64,000 nt of DNA from the human T2T-CHM13v2.0 reference genome, Homo sapiens: the NCBI RefSeq assembly GCF_009914755.1, contig NC_060925.1, one strand, 5' to 3'. This document shows, in pieces, positions 43,249-56,039 of the stretch. Numbering within the stretch: the stretch's first letter is position 1; the number at the start of each line of letters is the position of its first letter. The translations under genes and the position numbers were made by a program. Under the pieces are notes generated by a model. The model was not told the origin of the DNA. It saw only the letters and a list, made by a program, of their open reading frames with translations, and searched no databases.

Positions 43249-43701
<453 letters not shown>

Positions 43702-44290
43702 TAAGCACTGACATTCAGGATTGTTGTTGTTGCTTTTAATTGCCCTGTAATTGTTTGCAGAGCTGTGAACTAACCAGTTAGGACTATTAGAGCATCTTTG
43801 ACAATATCTAGCTTTTACCTAGTACTGCAGGCATGAGCTTTTACCATGTGGTGGTGGACTGCATGCTGACCTGGGTCTCCAGAGACTCTTTTCCTTCTCT
43901 AGGTGTGTAGGCACTACCTCAAGCTCTTTCAAAGAAATAGTAGCAGGGAGACCACGGGGCTTCTTTTTCTCTTGGATCTCATTTCCTGAAGAAAGGAAAG
44001 GTGTGAAGAGAGTGGTTGCAGGCAGGGGCAGTGAGAGAGTTTTCAAGCTGAAGTTCTTCTTTGGTAACTTATTAAGTCCCTGCCTTTCTAAGTTCTAAGT
44101 TCCTCTACTTCCTCCCATTTCTTAGTGACCACTTCAAAGTATATGAGTAAAAGATTTGAAATAATACACTTTCTTCCAAATCTTCCTGCCTAAATATATG
44201 TATTTTTAAATGAATTAAGGTGACGAAACTTAATTTTTAATTTATTTTTTAGTATTTTAACAATGAAAATCAAATTTAACTAGATTTCTT

Positions 44291-44841
44291 TTATTATTAT
44301 TATTATACTTTAAGTTCTAGTGTACATGTGCACAATGTGCAGGTTTGTTACATATGTATACATGTGCCATGTTGGTGTGCTGCACCCATTAACTCGTCAT
44401 TTACATTAGGTGTATCTCCTAATGCTATCCCTCCCCCTTCCCCCCACCCTACAACAGGCCCCGGTGTGTGATGTCCCCCTTCCTGTGTCCATGTGTTCTC
44501 ATTGTTCAGTTCCCACCTATGAGTGACAACATGGGATGTTTGGCTTTTTGTCCTTGCGATAGTTTGCTGAGAATGATGGTTTCCAGCTTCATCCATGTCC
44601 CTACAAAGGACATGAACTCATCATTTTTTATGGCTGCATAGTATTCCATGGTGTATATGTGCCACATTTTCTTAATCCAGCCTATCATTGTTGAACATTT
44701 GGGTTGGTTCCAAGTCTTTGCTATTGTGAATAGTGCCGCAATAAACATATATGTGCATGTGTCTTTATAGCAGCATGATTTATAATCCTTTGGGTATATA
44801 CCCAGTAATGGGATGGCTGGGTCAAATGGTATTTCTAGTTC
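44291..44841 (-). mobile_element. 5'-truncated L1PA (approx. L1PA3-5) 3' end
   Basis: Minus-strand ORF ...MKLETIILSKLSQGQKAKHPMLSLIGGN* is the ORF2 C-terminus, followed by 3'UTR and (TAA)n tail; exact 15-bp TSD ttaactagatttctt at 44276-44290 and 44842-44856. Confidence 0.96.
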
Positions 44842-46103
44842 TTAACTAGATTTCTTAATACTCAGGAACCACTGAGCTAAATTATTGATAGTGGACCCAT
44901 TTTCCAGGAAATATAATTTAAGTCTTCCAAGAACGGTTTTAGTTGGAAAAGTCTTGTATGTATCTCAACATGATACATACAGTACCAGTCAAAATTAAGA
45001 TCCCTATGTGTAATATATTTATAAGCTATGGATTAGCAACTGTGAGTTTGTGTCCAGTTGTGTGATCATGTATCTCCATATCACTTTCCTTCAGTGTTTG
45101 GTAACACCACGCCAGGTTCAGGGAGAAGGCAGGATGTGCTTGGCTTTATTAGTTCTGAAATTAGGAAAGGAAGGCTCGCATTGGATGTTGTAAATCACAG
45201 AAAAGTCTCCTTCCTGATGTGCAGGTTATGGGTAACAGACAGAACACAAGACGGAGGGAGGTATTTTTATGGTAAGATTGGGGCGTGTGGTGTCTTCAAT
45301 TCCAGGTGTTATGAGTCAGTTGCTTAGAAGGCAGGACAGTGAGGTTGTAGGTGGATGCCTGATACAGTCATGGAGGGAAGGTGTGGGGTCACCTTGTAGA
45401 GTGCTTGCATGAAGGGCTTGTTACTCAAGCTTCAATCAGAGAAGCACCTCTTATGGGATTCTCCATGTCAGGGAGGTGGAGAGCACGCCACCACACTGAA
45501 TGCAGGCTTCTCAGGAGCCCTGTGAACCTGGTGCCCCTCCAGACAGTGCTCCAGTCACTGTCTTTTTCTGGACTCCCCTCGCCCCAATCAGAGGCACCCT
45601 TGATGGGTGCCTGACCAGCTGTAGCACTAAATCAGGGAGGGCCACTCATGATAGAATAAGCTATCTGCTCAATACTGTATGCATTTTAATGAATGTCAAC
45701 AATGCTTTTAATAGGAAGAATGAGAAATCTGTGAGCTTTATGATGACAGGTAGCAGAGGTAATACTCCTAGTGAGATACCAACCTTGTAGGTTTTGGCAT
45801 TCACAAAAGCGTACACAACACACACACAGACGCACATATATACATGCATAGCCAGATAAAGTTTATCAAAATAAACATATAGCCAAATTGCCTCTTTTGC
45901 TTTAACTTTCCTGTCTTCTGCCATGTCCATATCAATATTATACTTAATTAAATTTATGTGGCTGAAAGGCTTTATAAAGGACAAGAGAGAACCTAACCTA
46001 TTTTTGTTCTTATTAATGACTTATTTTATTCTTTAAAATCAGAAATGATGATGGAGAAAAAAGTTTCATGTGACCTCTGAATTCACCAACAGTATAAAAA
46101 TTG

Positions 46104-46438
<335 letters not shown>

Positions 46439-46526
46439 TGATTTTTTTAAATGGACCATATAAAAATAATTGCCATGTCTGTTCTTTTAACCATTTTATA
46501 TTTTTACCCAACTTTGGAACATTTTT

Positions 46527-46843
46527 TTGTTTTTGTTTTATTTTTTCGGGACAAGGTCTCACTCCATCTCCCAGACTGGAGTGCAACGGCACGATCATAG
46601 CTCACTGAAGCCCCGACCTCCTGGGCTCAAGTAACCCTCCTACCTCAGGTTCTCAGGTAGCTGGGACTGTAGGCATACACCATCATGCCTGGCTAATTTA
46701 ATTTTTTTTTTTTTTTTTTTTTTTGGAGAGACAGGGTCTCACTGTGTTGCCCAGGCTTGTCTCGAACTCCTGGCCTCAAGTGATCCTCCCATCTCGGACT
46801 CTCAGAATGTTGGGATTACAAGCATGAGCTACCAGGCCCAATC
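46527..46843 (-). mobile_element. AluJ with a long middle poly(A)
   Basis: Antisense dimer; TSD tggaacattttt at 46515 and 46844. Confidence 0.92.
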
Positions 46844-49557
46844 TGGAACATTTTTCTAATCTCAGTCTGTCCTTCAAGTTGTAATAGTGTGTTTTGTAGT
46901 CCTGAAGAATTCTACACACAGACACGTTTCTCTAAAGACTTAGGCATGGTTGCCTGGAATGCTCAAAAACAAATGAGTTAAAAGCTAACAGCAAAATTTT
47001 CTCCCAAATGAGCATATTGCACATTGTAGGCCTCTTGTGCTCCAAGTTCACGAAAAGGGCATTAGCAAATTACAAGCATCTGAAAGCTCAAGTTTTCCGT
47101 GTTTATAAACTTAATGAGCAAATGCTCCATTGAGTGATTATATCCTTTATAAATAATTTTGTTTTTAAAAATAAATGTTAGTGTTAGTTTGTTGTTGGAA
47201 ATGAATAAAAGCACTCCTCAGTCCCCAATTAATCCTTTGCTTTCCCTGGAAGGCGAAAAATTTTGTGACATTGAAATCACAAGTCCAAGCCAAAGCCGCC
47301 TCCTTAAATGAAATTTCCTTCTTAGTAGTGTGGAATGCTTTCCAAACTCCTAGACATGTCCATGTGCAATGTAGAAGTATTCCTAATGAGAATGTCACAA
47401 GAAGCTTTTGGTGGAGAGCTTATTTATTGTTTATAAGATAGAAGGTTTGATTGGCAGGAGAGCAATGAAAGATGATGGTATGGCCACCATGTCTCCTATG
47501 AAGGGCTTATTTCTTTTATAAAGAGTTTGGTTTCTAGAGTCCCCACAGGCTGAGTGCAAAGCACAATTTCTCTTCATTGCAGGTGTGAGTGTGAGAACAA
47601 TTCTTTGTCAGTCCAAAGGGAGAATCACGTCATATCTTATAGGTAGGGTCACAAGTTGGAGGTGGGTAACTGGATGCTGTTGTATTTGTCAGAAACAGCA
47701 GAATTAAAGATTGCACCAGAAGTGAGCTCTTTGTTTTTCTGCTTATGAAATAAGGTCATATTTGTCCCATGTAACATGAGGCAAAGTGGCAAGAAGAGGG
47801 CGTAACCACCACGTTGATTGTTTGCATGTAGGAGGGCCACAATTTGTACTTGTTCACAGTACATCTGTGTGGTCAATGGCTCAGAACAAACTTTGATTGA
47901 TCTTTTTATAGATAAATAATACAAAGAAGTTCCATGAATCTCTTTATATTCGTGGTATTACACAAAATTGTTGTAATTGTTCAGGTTATACAGGGTAGGA
48001 GCAAAATCAGTATCTTCCTTGTTAATTCTCTTTGCCTGTCCCCTCTTGAGCTCTCTCTGTCTTTCTTGTTTTAATATGACCGGCTCTGTTTGATGAGAGA
48101 TTTTTAAGGTTTTTAAAAATTTTAGTAGCTTTGTTTCATCTCTATTGTTTATGCCTTAAAAGTTGTCCCTGGTATCATGAGGAGAAAACTTTGAGTCAGA
48201 AAGAAGCATAAAGCCTTTCATTGAAAGGATTGATGTGTTCCAGAGGCAATTGGTCTGAATTCAGCTAGGGACATTTCCCTCCTAAACAGTAAACTGACCA
48301 GATCTTTCTAGGAAGACCTTCGAGCTGGGAAGCGCACCATGAAATGCCTCTAAGTGATGCATACTACAGCCCACATCACTTTGGGGAGAGGAAGCCAGAG
48401 TTGTGCTCTAGCCAAGCTTATTTTAAAGAACTGAACCCCATTTCCTTCTGCAGAGATTCTCTGAGTGGAAGGGAGAATGCAATATTAACTAGCTGACTTT
48501 GCCTTCAGATATTTGCATCCTTGCGGTCCCAGGTAAATGCAGCATTGCCCCAGGTACAGGTTGAACAGAAAGCAGTGCTTCTGACGGTTCTGACGGTTCT
48601 GCTTTTGCTTTACAACTCTTTCTGTGCTTTTCATAAAATTTTAGTTTGAAGTACTGACGAATATACAATTTAGTGACACATTTTTGCTAGTGCTGCCTTT
48701 CTCAGGAAACGAATGTTTCATTTTCCTAAAGGAAGCTACTCAATGTAAACATTGATCTGCGTTTTAATGTTTTGTCTTTTTATTAGTTTGCTGAATATAC
48801 TGATGTTAATATCCTCTCTTCTGTTCTGAAGCCTTGACTTTGCTTGATACTGCCACCTATTTTAGTTTGTAATCTCTGAAGATATCTAGACCAAAACTTT
48901 TTTTTTATTAGGTTATTTGTTTATAGCTGCTGTGTTTGACTTGTTCTTCAAGAAATAGCTGTTAGCTTTTATGTGTGAAACCTCAGAGGTGAAGGGACAG
49001 TGAGGGACAGATATTTCACAGCCTTTGTCTACTTGAGTTAGCATATAAGATTGAATGAAGCTACTGTCCCTACTTTGCCCAGAATGTGCTTTTGAATTAT
49101 AGTTTCAAAAACGAACTCTGAAAGAGAAGAGAGATTATATTTACTCTTTCTTTCCAGCTGTTGGAGAGATTGATTGAAATTTATTTCTAAAATTGAAAGC
49201 AAGAAACAAAGCATTATATGGGCAGAAGGTTAATGGGAATTGTGTAGGGACCCTGAGTGCTTTGTGCTGAAGACATCACTGGCATCAGATCCATGAGGAA
49301 AACACTAACAAATACTTAGAGTCAATGGATTTCTTTTGTTTACTTTTGGAGAAGCAACTTTGTATGTTTAAAACTTAATCCTTATCCAGTTACTGAAACT
49401 GAGAATCAAAGGAAAGGATAGCAATATTTCAAGTTTTGCTATATTTTATATTTTTCAGTATGATATGGTTGAGTAGAATAGGAACTTGTTATTTTGTATG
49501 GATAATCGCTTATCAAGGTATATGTAAATAGAATCAGTAATTATAATTAAAGATACC

Positions 49558-50320
49558 TTGAAACCAAAGAAAATGACTGAGGTGAGTCTTAATGAATTTA
49601 GAGGTTTATTTTGCCAAAGTTGAGGAGATGCCTGGGCTAAAGGGACATAAGCCACAGTAGGACCTGTGGCCTGTACTTTTTCCAAAGAGGATTTTGAGGT
49701 CTTCAATATTGATATGGTTTGGTTCTGTGTCCCCACCAAATCTCATGTCAAACTGTGGTCCCTGATGTTGGAGGTGGGGCCTGGCAGGAGGTGATTGGAT
49801 CATGGGGGTGGATTTCCATGAATGTTTTAGCACCATCCCCTGGTGCCGTTCTCGTGGTAGAGTTCTCACGAGATCTGGTTGTTTAAATCTATATGGCACC
49901 TCCCCTCTCTCTTGCTCCTGTTCCTGCCTTCTAGGACATGCTGACTCCCCCTTTGCCATCTACCATAGTTGTAAGCTTCCTGAGGCCTCCCTAGAAGGTG
50001 GGCATGTGCTAGCATCATGCTTCCTGTGCAGCCTGTGGAACTGTGAGCCAATTCAACCTCTTTTCTTTATAAATTACCCAGTCTCAGGTGTTTCTTTATA
50101 GCAGTGCTATATAGATATATATATAATAGAGAATGGATTAATACAAGTATTTAAAGGAGGAAAAGCAGGCTGTAAGAGAAAAGAGAAAGAAAGAGGGCAA
50201 GGTCACATTCTTGTGAGTCTTTGACTAGAGTTCATTGAATCCACATGTTGCATGTGAAAAGAAGGGGGCAGGGGGGACAATCAATTATGTATTTGTCTCA
50301 GGCTCAGTGAATCTGCATTT
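49558..50320 (-). mobile_element. MER4-group ERV1 LTR fragment, interrupted by MST
   Basis: 'aatttagaggtttattttgccaaagttgagga', 'tttttccaaagaggattttgagg..ttcaatat|ttaaagg' and 'caatcaattatgtatttgtctcagg' resemble antisense MER4-family LTRs. Confidence 0.7.
49710..50145 (+). mobile_element. MSTA/B solo LTR (ERVL-MaLR) nested in a MER4-like LTR
   Basis: tgatatggtttggttctgtgtcccc ... gaatggattaataca; 5-bp TSD aatat / agtat; TA-rich insertion at about 50107-50127. Confidence 0.92.
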
Positions 50321-50551
50321 CTGATCAGTTCTGTCCAAAGTGAATAAACACTTTGGGCCATTCAGAAATGGTATAAGCATACTCAGGCCCATGTGTGGAC
50401 TCACGTTGCAGTGCTGTTTTGCTGTTCCAACTATCAAAAACAAGTTCTCAAAGCCTGAGTCTCTTAAAAGTCAGAAGGAGCCTTACAGGTCTGATTCTGC
50501 CACAAATGTAAGGTGACCTGTGTTTAAACTTGTAAATAAAACCTATCAGAG

Positions 50552-50720
50552 CAACATTTCTGAAACTTCAGTGTGCATACAAATAACTAGGGATCACTTG
50601 GGATCTTCTTAGAATTGCAGATTCTGTGGTCTGGGCTAGGGCTGAGATTCTGCATTCCTAAAAAGATCCTAGGTGTATCCCAGTCCTGTTGGTCCCTAGG
50701 TTACACTTTGAGAAACAAAG
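50552..50720. mobile_element. MER5A-like MITE
   Basis: 'ttctgaaacttcagtgtgcata', 'tgcagattct..ggtctggg..gggctgagattctgcattcctaa', 'cacactttgag'-like end. Confidence 0.8.
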
Positions 50721-51136
50721 TCTTAGAAAGTAGCTGAGAGACATCCAATCTCCTCCCATCCCCAAATCAGGGACTCTCCTTTTCTAATTCTCCCTTACAG
50801 GTGTTTTTTCCCTTTGGGGACAGCGTGAAAATACTGCCATCAATGATTACCTTTCTAGGATTGCTAATATTAAGATATTTCAAATAACCTTTCAGATAAC
50901 CACTGAAAACTTCATTCCTTGTTCCCATCATAGCTCCAGCATCTAGAATGGCTCCTGGCACTACCAGGGCCTGAATAAATATCTGCTGAATGGGATCATG
51001 AATGGGTGAATATATAACATTCAGACTTTGGGATATTATGAATACTATTCATGTTTGGTTTTCACTGTTAAATTTTTGATAGCAACCCTAGAAACACATC
51101 AAGAAACTGTATAATTCTCTATGTATAGGTGTAGAG

Positions 51137-51568
51137 TGTTAAAGCCTTTGGAACGTTAAATTATTTTGAGCCCTGAGAGGAATGTGTCTATGTAGCTTGA
51201 GTCATGTGAGTATACAGTTGTAACTTCTGGTTTTTCCTGTAAATGAGTAGGAATGACTGAGTGGTGCCAGAGGTAAGACCCTCTCAGAACATTACTCCTC
51301 CTCACAGAATGTTAAAGCAGCCTTCCTTGGGATGTAGCAAGCTATATTAATCAAATCACTGCAATGTACATATTGGCCTTGTAGGGAAAATGTTGCCATC
51401 CTCCCAAAACTGTTTCTGCCTATATAAGTGAAACCTTAGCTTCTCTATTTTGAACCACTGACCCCATCCCTTTGGAGTCTGTGTTTTCTGTGTGCCTGTC
51501 CTCAAGCTTTGTGCTTGAATCAACTCTATGCTTAGTTATATTTTCTGAATCTCATTTTAAGTTTGACA
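51137..51568 (+). mobile_element. ERV1-class solo LTR (family uncertain; MER72/LTR31-like)
   Basis: TG...CA termini (tgtt...tgaca), exact 4-bp TSD agag at 51133-51136 and 51569-51572, TATA-like 'cctatataa' at about 51419, degenerate poly(A) signal 'aatcaa'. Confidence 0.8.
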
Positions 51569-51804
51569 AGAGTATATATACTGAAACCCGATTCTTCCTT
51601 GCTGTGGGTTGTCAGGTTGACATCTGATCTCTTTTCAGTGAGTGCTTCTTCCTTAAATTTAACTTCCTCTTTAATTAACCAAGTTAAGTAATTTCACTGT
51701 CATAGCTAACAGCAAAAAGGCAATATGAAATAGAAATTCGATGACCTTCAGAAAGGTTATGATATGTTTATATTCTTTTACGGTAAAGACAGTTCCACTG
51801 TTCC

Positions 51805-51898
51805 TCTTTAGAAACAGTTATGATAGCACAGGTGCCAGATTTGATATTTTTTCTTTAGAAACAGTTATGATAGCACAGGTGCCAGATTTGATATTTTT
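51805..51898. repeat. Exact 47-bp tandem duplication
   Basis: tctttagaaacagttatgatagcacaggtgccagatttgatattttt at 51805-51851 and 51852-51898, identical. Confidence 0.97.
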
Positions 51899-53144
51899 CA
51901 TGTTAACTTTCACCAATACTCAACTAAAATCCTCCCTTCTCTGCACAGTTTTTCTTGACTCCATCCGATAGGCACACTTTGTAACTTTATCTCCTATGCT
52001 TGGCTTCATGCTAGTTATATCAATTACCTTATTATATTGCAGTTTCTTACTTGCTCATCTTTTACTCTGTGACAATCACTTCATTGAAGACAAAACCTTT
52101 CATATATGTATTCTTAGATGTCTCCAGGGGTGCTCAGTATAATGTTGGACCCACAGCAGCAGTATATGTTGACCGAAAAAAATGAATAAATGGTTTGAGC
52201 ATTTAGAGAGTTATAAAACCAAACTAGGCAGAAGAATGTATCTGGGGCAGCTTTCTGGAGAAGGTGATGGTGATCACTTGGTTTGATACTATCTCTTGCC
52301 CTATAATTATGATAATAGTGCCCCCAGTATTTTAAAGTTGTAAATAAATGATCCATAAATGCTGTTGCTGTGTAATCAATAAGCCATGAAGATACTTACA
52401 GAATATTATAACTTAATTCTTAAAGGAAGGAACTTGTTGAGGACATAGAAGTGACTAGAATTGCATCCGTTATCTTGAAAAGTAAATTGGTATATTCAAC
52501 AAATACTTACTGAGCAAAGATGAGTAAAACTGGTTACCTGCTTTCAAGGGGTTTGTGTTCTCCTGATGCGTAGACTAACGTCATCAAACAGACTGTGCTT
52601 AGCTCTGTCGTGGAGAAGCAAACAAAATGCTATGAGAACCTAAAGGGAAAAGACATGGATTCCAGCTGGAAGGACTCCAGGCTAACTAGTTGAATATAAA
52701 TATATATATATATTTTTACATAGATTCTATTTCTTTCGGCTTCTTAAGCAGAATAAGTCTACCGCAGGCAATCTGACCTCTTTGTGATCATTCACATGAA
52801 CACTGGTTTTGGGGCTCAGTCATTGAAAGCTGCTGTCTCTGTACTGCATTTTCCAGACTATTCTGGGCTTTTGCATCTGCTCCTGGCTCTTTGGTGCCTC
52901 TCCGATGGGTATCTTGCCAGCTATCCATGTGCTTGCTTCTCTATTCTCTTTCCTCAGTCTGGTTTGCTATGGGCTGTAACATAAATAAAGAGAAAGTGAG
53001 ATTGCATCAGCTTTGAGTATCCTGAAGCATTTTTATGGGAGTGACAGCTAAGTATAAAGAGCATTTAGGAAATAATAGCCATTTTATCATTTAAAGGCAT
53101 GTGTACTTCCTGATAAGTATTCGCTTATTTATAAGGATAGATAT

Positions 53145-53365
53145 CTTCAATTAAGTTCCTACTACGTGCTTGGCATCATAGCAGTTGCTTTGTAGATATT
53201 GTTTCAAATTCTCAGAATGATCCTGTAAGGTAGATAGTATTATACCCATTTTATAAAAGAGGAAACTGAGATTTAGAGTAATTAACTTTCTCTGGGTCTC
53301 ATAGTTGGTACATAGTAGAGCCTGATTCTACCCCAATCTGACTCCAAAGCCTACGTTCCTTCGCC
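53145..53365 (-). mobile_element. MIR SINE
   Basis: 'ctgtaaggtagatagtattatacccattttataaaagaggaaactgag...ctgactccaaagcc'. Confidence 0.85.
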
Positions 53366-55848
53366 TGACCCGTTCTGGCTCTGTAGGTGATACTAAGTGT
53401 CCTGTGCTAAGTGTGGGGGATACGTGACTAAGGGGACTCCCTTCCTCCCCTTACAAGCTTTGGACCAGGTATTTAAGGGGCTGGATAACTGATTCCGGTG
53501 GGGGAAGTTCTTACTATTTTATTATGTAAGATACAGATAGTCCAATGGTGTTTGCTCCTTTGTTTATCTTCTGCAGTATTTGCTTCTTTTGAGTCCAACC
53601 AAGAGATACTAGGTAGGGGTAGAAGGTTTGTCACAATCTCATAGTTATTCTTTCATCTGTGCTGGGTCCCTTTGGGGAATTAGATAAAAGGACTTTTATC
53701 TAAGGGAGTTAATGTCTTTACTTCTAGATCTAGACTATTTGAAGCCATAAGAACTATATATTATACCTGGCACATGTGTACTGAATAGTAAATGGATATG
53801 GTTTCAACTCTACTATAATTTGAAACAGCTCCAAAAGTATTTCAACTTAACATTCTTCATTCACTTATACCAACTCTGGCTTTTACAATTATCTGGCTTG
53901 TTGCCACTTATCATTAAATATTTCAAAATTTTCACATAGCAAAGTTAATTTTAATTCATTCCTAAATATGTGCCATAAAAAATCTTTAAAAAAGCAAACT
54001 TAGACTAATTCAGAGGTTAAAGGGCATTAAACTTTGTGTTTAGTAACAAAATGGTGAAGGTAAAACTCTAAAAAGGGTGATAAATTAACTCTTGAATAAA
54101 TGATTTTGTGGCACATTTAAATGACTAGAAATTAGGGTAGTGTTTATACCTTTATTATTAAATTTCCGTGTTGTAGAAGTAAATGTTTTTCCACTCTTTG
54201 AGTGAAGTTGTGTGTGTCTTTTCATAAAGCAGTATATCAATAGTAATCATATCTACTTAAACGTTATTTAACCCTTCTATGTAGATTGCATTATGCTGTT
54301 TGTTATGAAGTACTTTTTTTCCATATCTTGATCCCTGTCTGGGGAACACTGACATTATAGGGACTTTTCCAGGGTTCTAAACTTTTCTTGTCAGCCTCTA
54401 CCATCTTTACTAGAAGAATAAAAGGAAAGTGGTCTATAGAATAATTTATTTAGTAAATATCCTGACATTCAAAGGAATTCATCACTCAAACAGAATAAGC
54501 TGTATTTTTCCAGTGTGTAAGTTATTCCTGGAGAGGGTGAAGGGTAAGTCGGACTCTTTTAAGATTTGCCTTAACACTTTTAGAACAAAGAGTACAAGTT
54601 GTTAAATTTGTACCCAGGAGGAATTGATGCCAGTTATAAAAGTGCCCAATTTGGCCTTGCAGAATATTGAGAGAAACTACATGCAGCTCTCATTCTTTAT
54701 TTCCCACTGACTAAATGGCTTTACTTTCTTATAACAGAAATTTATTACTGTTTGCTGTACTGTATGTGGATTTAGGATCCCAAAGCTGGCTGAGAATTGT
54801 TATGGCCAGTATCTGTCTGTGACCATCTCTTACAGTTTTATGATTCATCTGTACTTTGGCATTGAACACCTTCTGTGCTAGGAGTTGGGGGTAGATTATC
54901 TAAAAAGTGAATAAGAGAGAGCCCCTGCTTTTGTCACTCATGGTCTAGTTGGAAAGAAGACACATAAAAGCACAGTAAGGATAGGATGTAGGAAGTGCAG
55001 GAAAGAGCTGCGAGCCCTAGGAGGGACATGGACCACAGAGGCTTCCTAGAAACCAGGTGCTTTGAGCTGAGGCAAGAGGTTGAGCAGACCTAGCAGGGAG
55101 GGCATCCCAAAAAACTTTTGCATCCATCCATGCACTTTGCTTCCATTTTTATTTCTCTCACTTTTCCTCTGGCCGCTTCCAGTCTCCTCAGCCTCCCACA
55201 GCTGCTCAGCACACCGTTTCCCTTCACTCCGTTTCTCTCCAGCTCTTGTTCTTCAGGGCCTTCCCCACAGGGACTCCACACACGGGCTCCTTCCACACCA
55301 AGGTTAGCAGAGCCAACAAGCACCCTGGGAGAAACACACACTTCCTTGGTGGCAAATTGGAAATCATCACTGCTTTTCTGTAGACATTTAGCCGCAGATT
55401 TGATTCAAAATCCTGTTAGTAGGTGGTGACTGAAATAGTTTAGTGGGGGCAGGGAACAGCAAGAGGTAGGAGGAAAGCCATTCAGTAAATCCCCCAAATC
55501 CCAATGTTTGCCCTGCTCATTTGAGCAACTGCTCCCATTGTCAGGAGAAGGTCATTCCTGTATGAATGTTTACATCACAAATAAAATGAAGCTTCAGTAG
55601 ACATTCAATAGAAGTTGAGTTGTGTATGTATTAACAAGAAGTACTAAGGCTGGAGATGTTATAAATAGCATTGAACATCCATCAATACTAATAGATTTTT
55701 CTGTTTACTAAAACATTTCTACTCTCAAGCAGAGGGAATAAAAATGGGGTGACTACCTCTCTTTCTAAGGTAGTGCTTCTCTTCACCTCACTAGGGCACG
55801 GTACATCTGGATTGACTTGATAAGCATCTGGAGTTGGGCTGTTAGTAT

Positions 55849-56039
55849 TGTCGTCGTCGTCTTCTTCTTCTTCTTCTTCTTCTTCTTCTTCTTCTTCTTC
55901 TTCTTCTTCTTCTTCTTCTTTCTTCTTTCTTTTTTTCTCTTCTTCCTTTTTTTTTTTTTTTAAGAAATGGGGTCTCATTATGTTGCCCAGGCTGGTCTCA
56001 AACTCCTGGGTTCAATCAGTCTTCCTGACTTGGCCTCCC
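55849..56039 (-). mobile_element. 5'-truncated Alu left arm (FLAM-like) with an expanded tail
   Basis: Alu sequence at 55962-56039; tagtat on both flanks (55843-55848, 56040-56045). Confidence 0.85.
55850..55920. repeat. Compound (GTC)4(CTT)20 trinucleotide repeat, i.e. (GAA)20(GAC)4 on the minus strand
   Basis: 55861-55920 is exactly 20 CTT units; it continues into a C/T-only tract to 55961. Confidence 0.98.
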
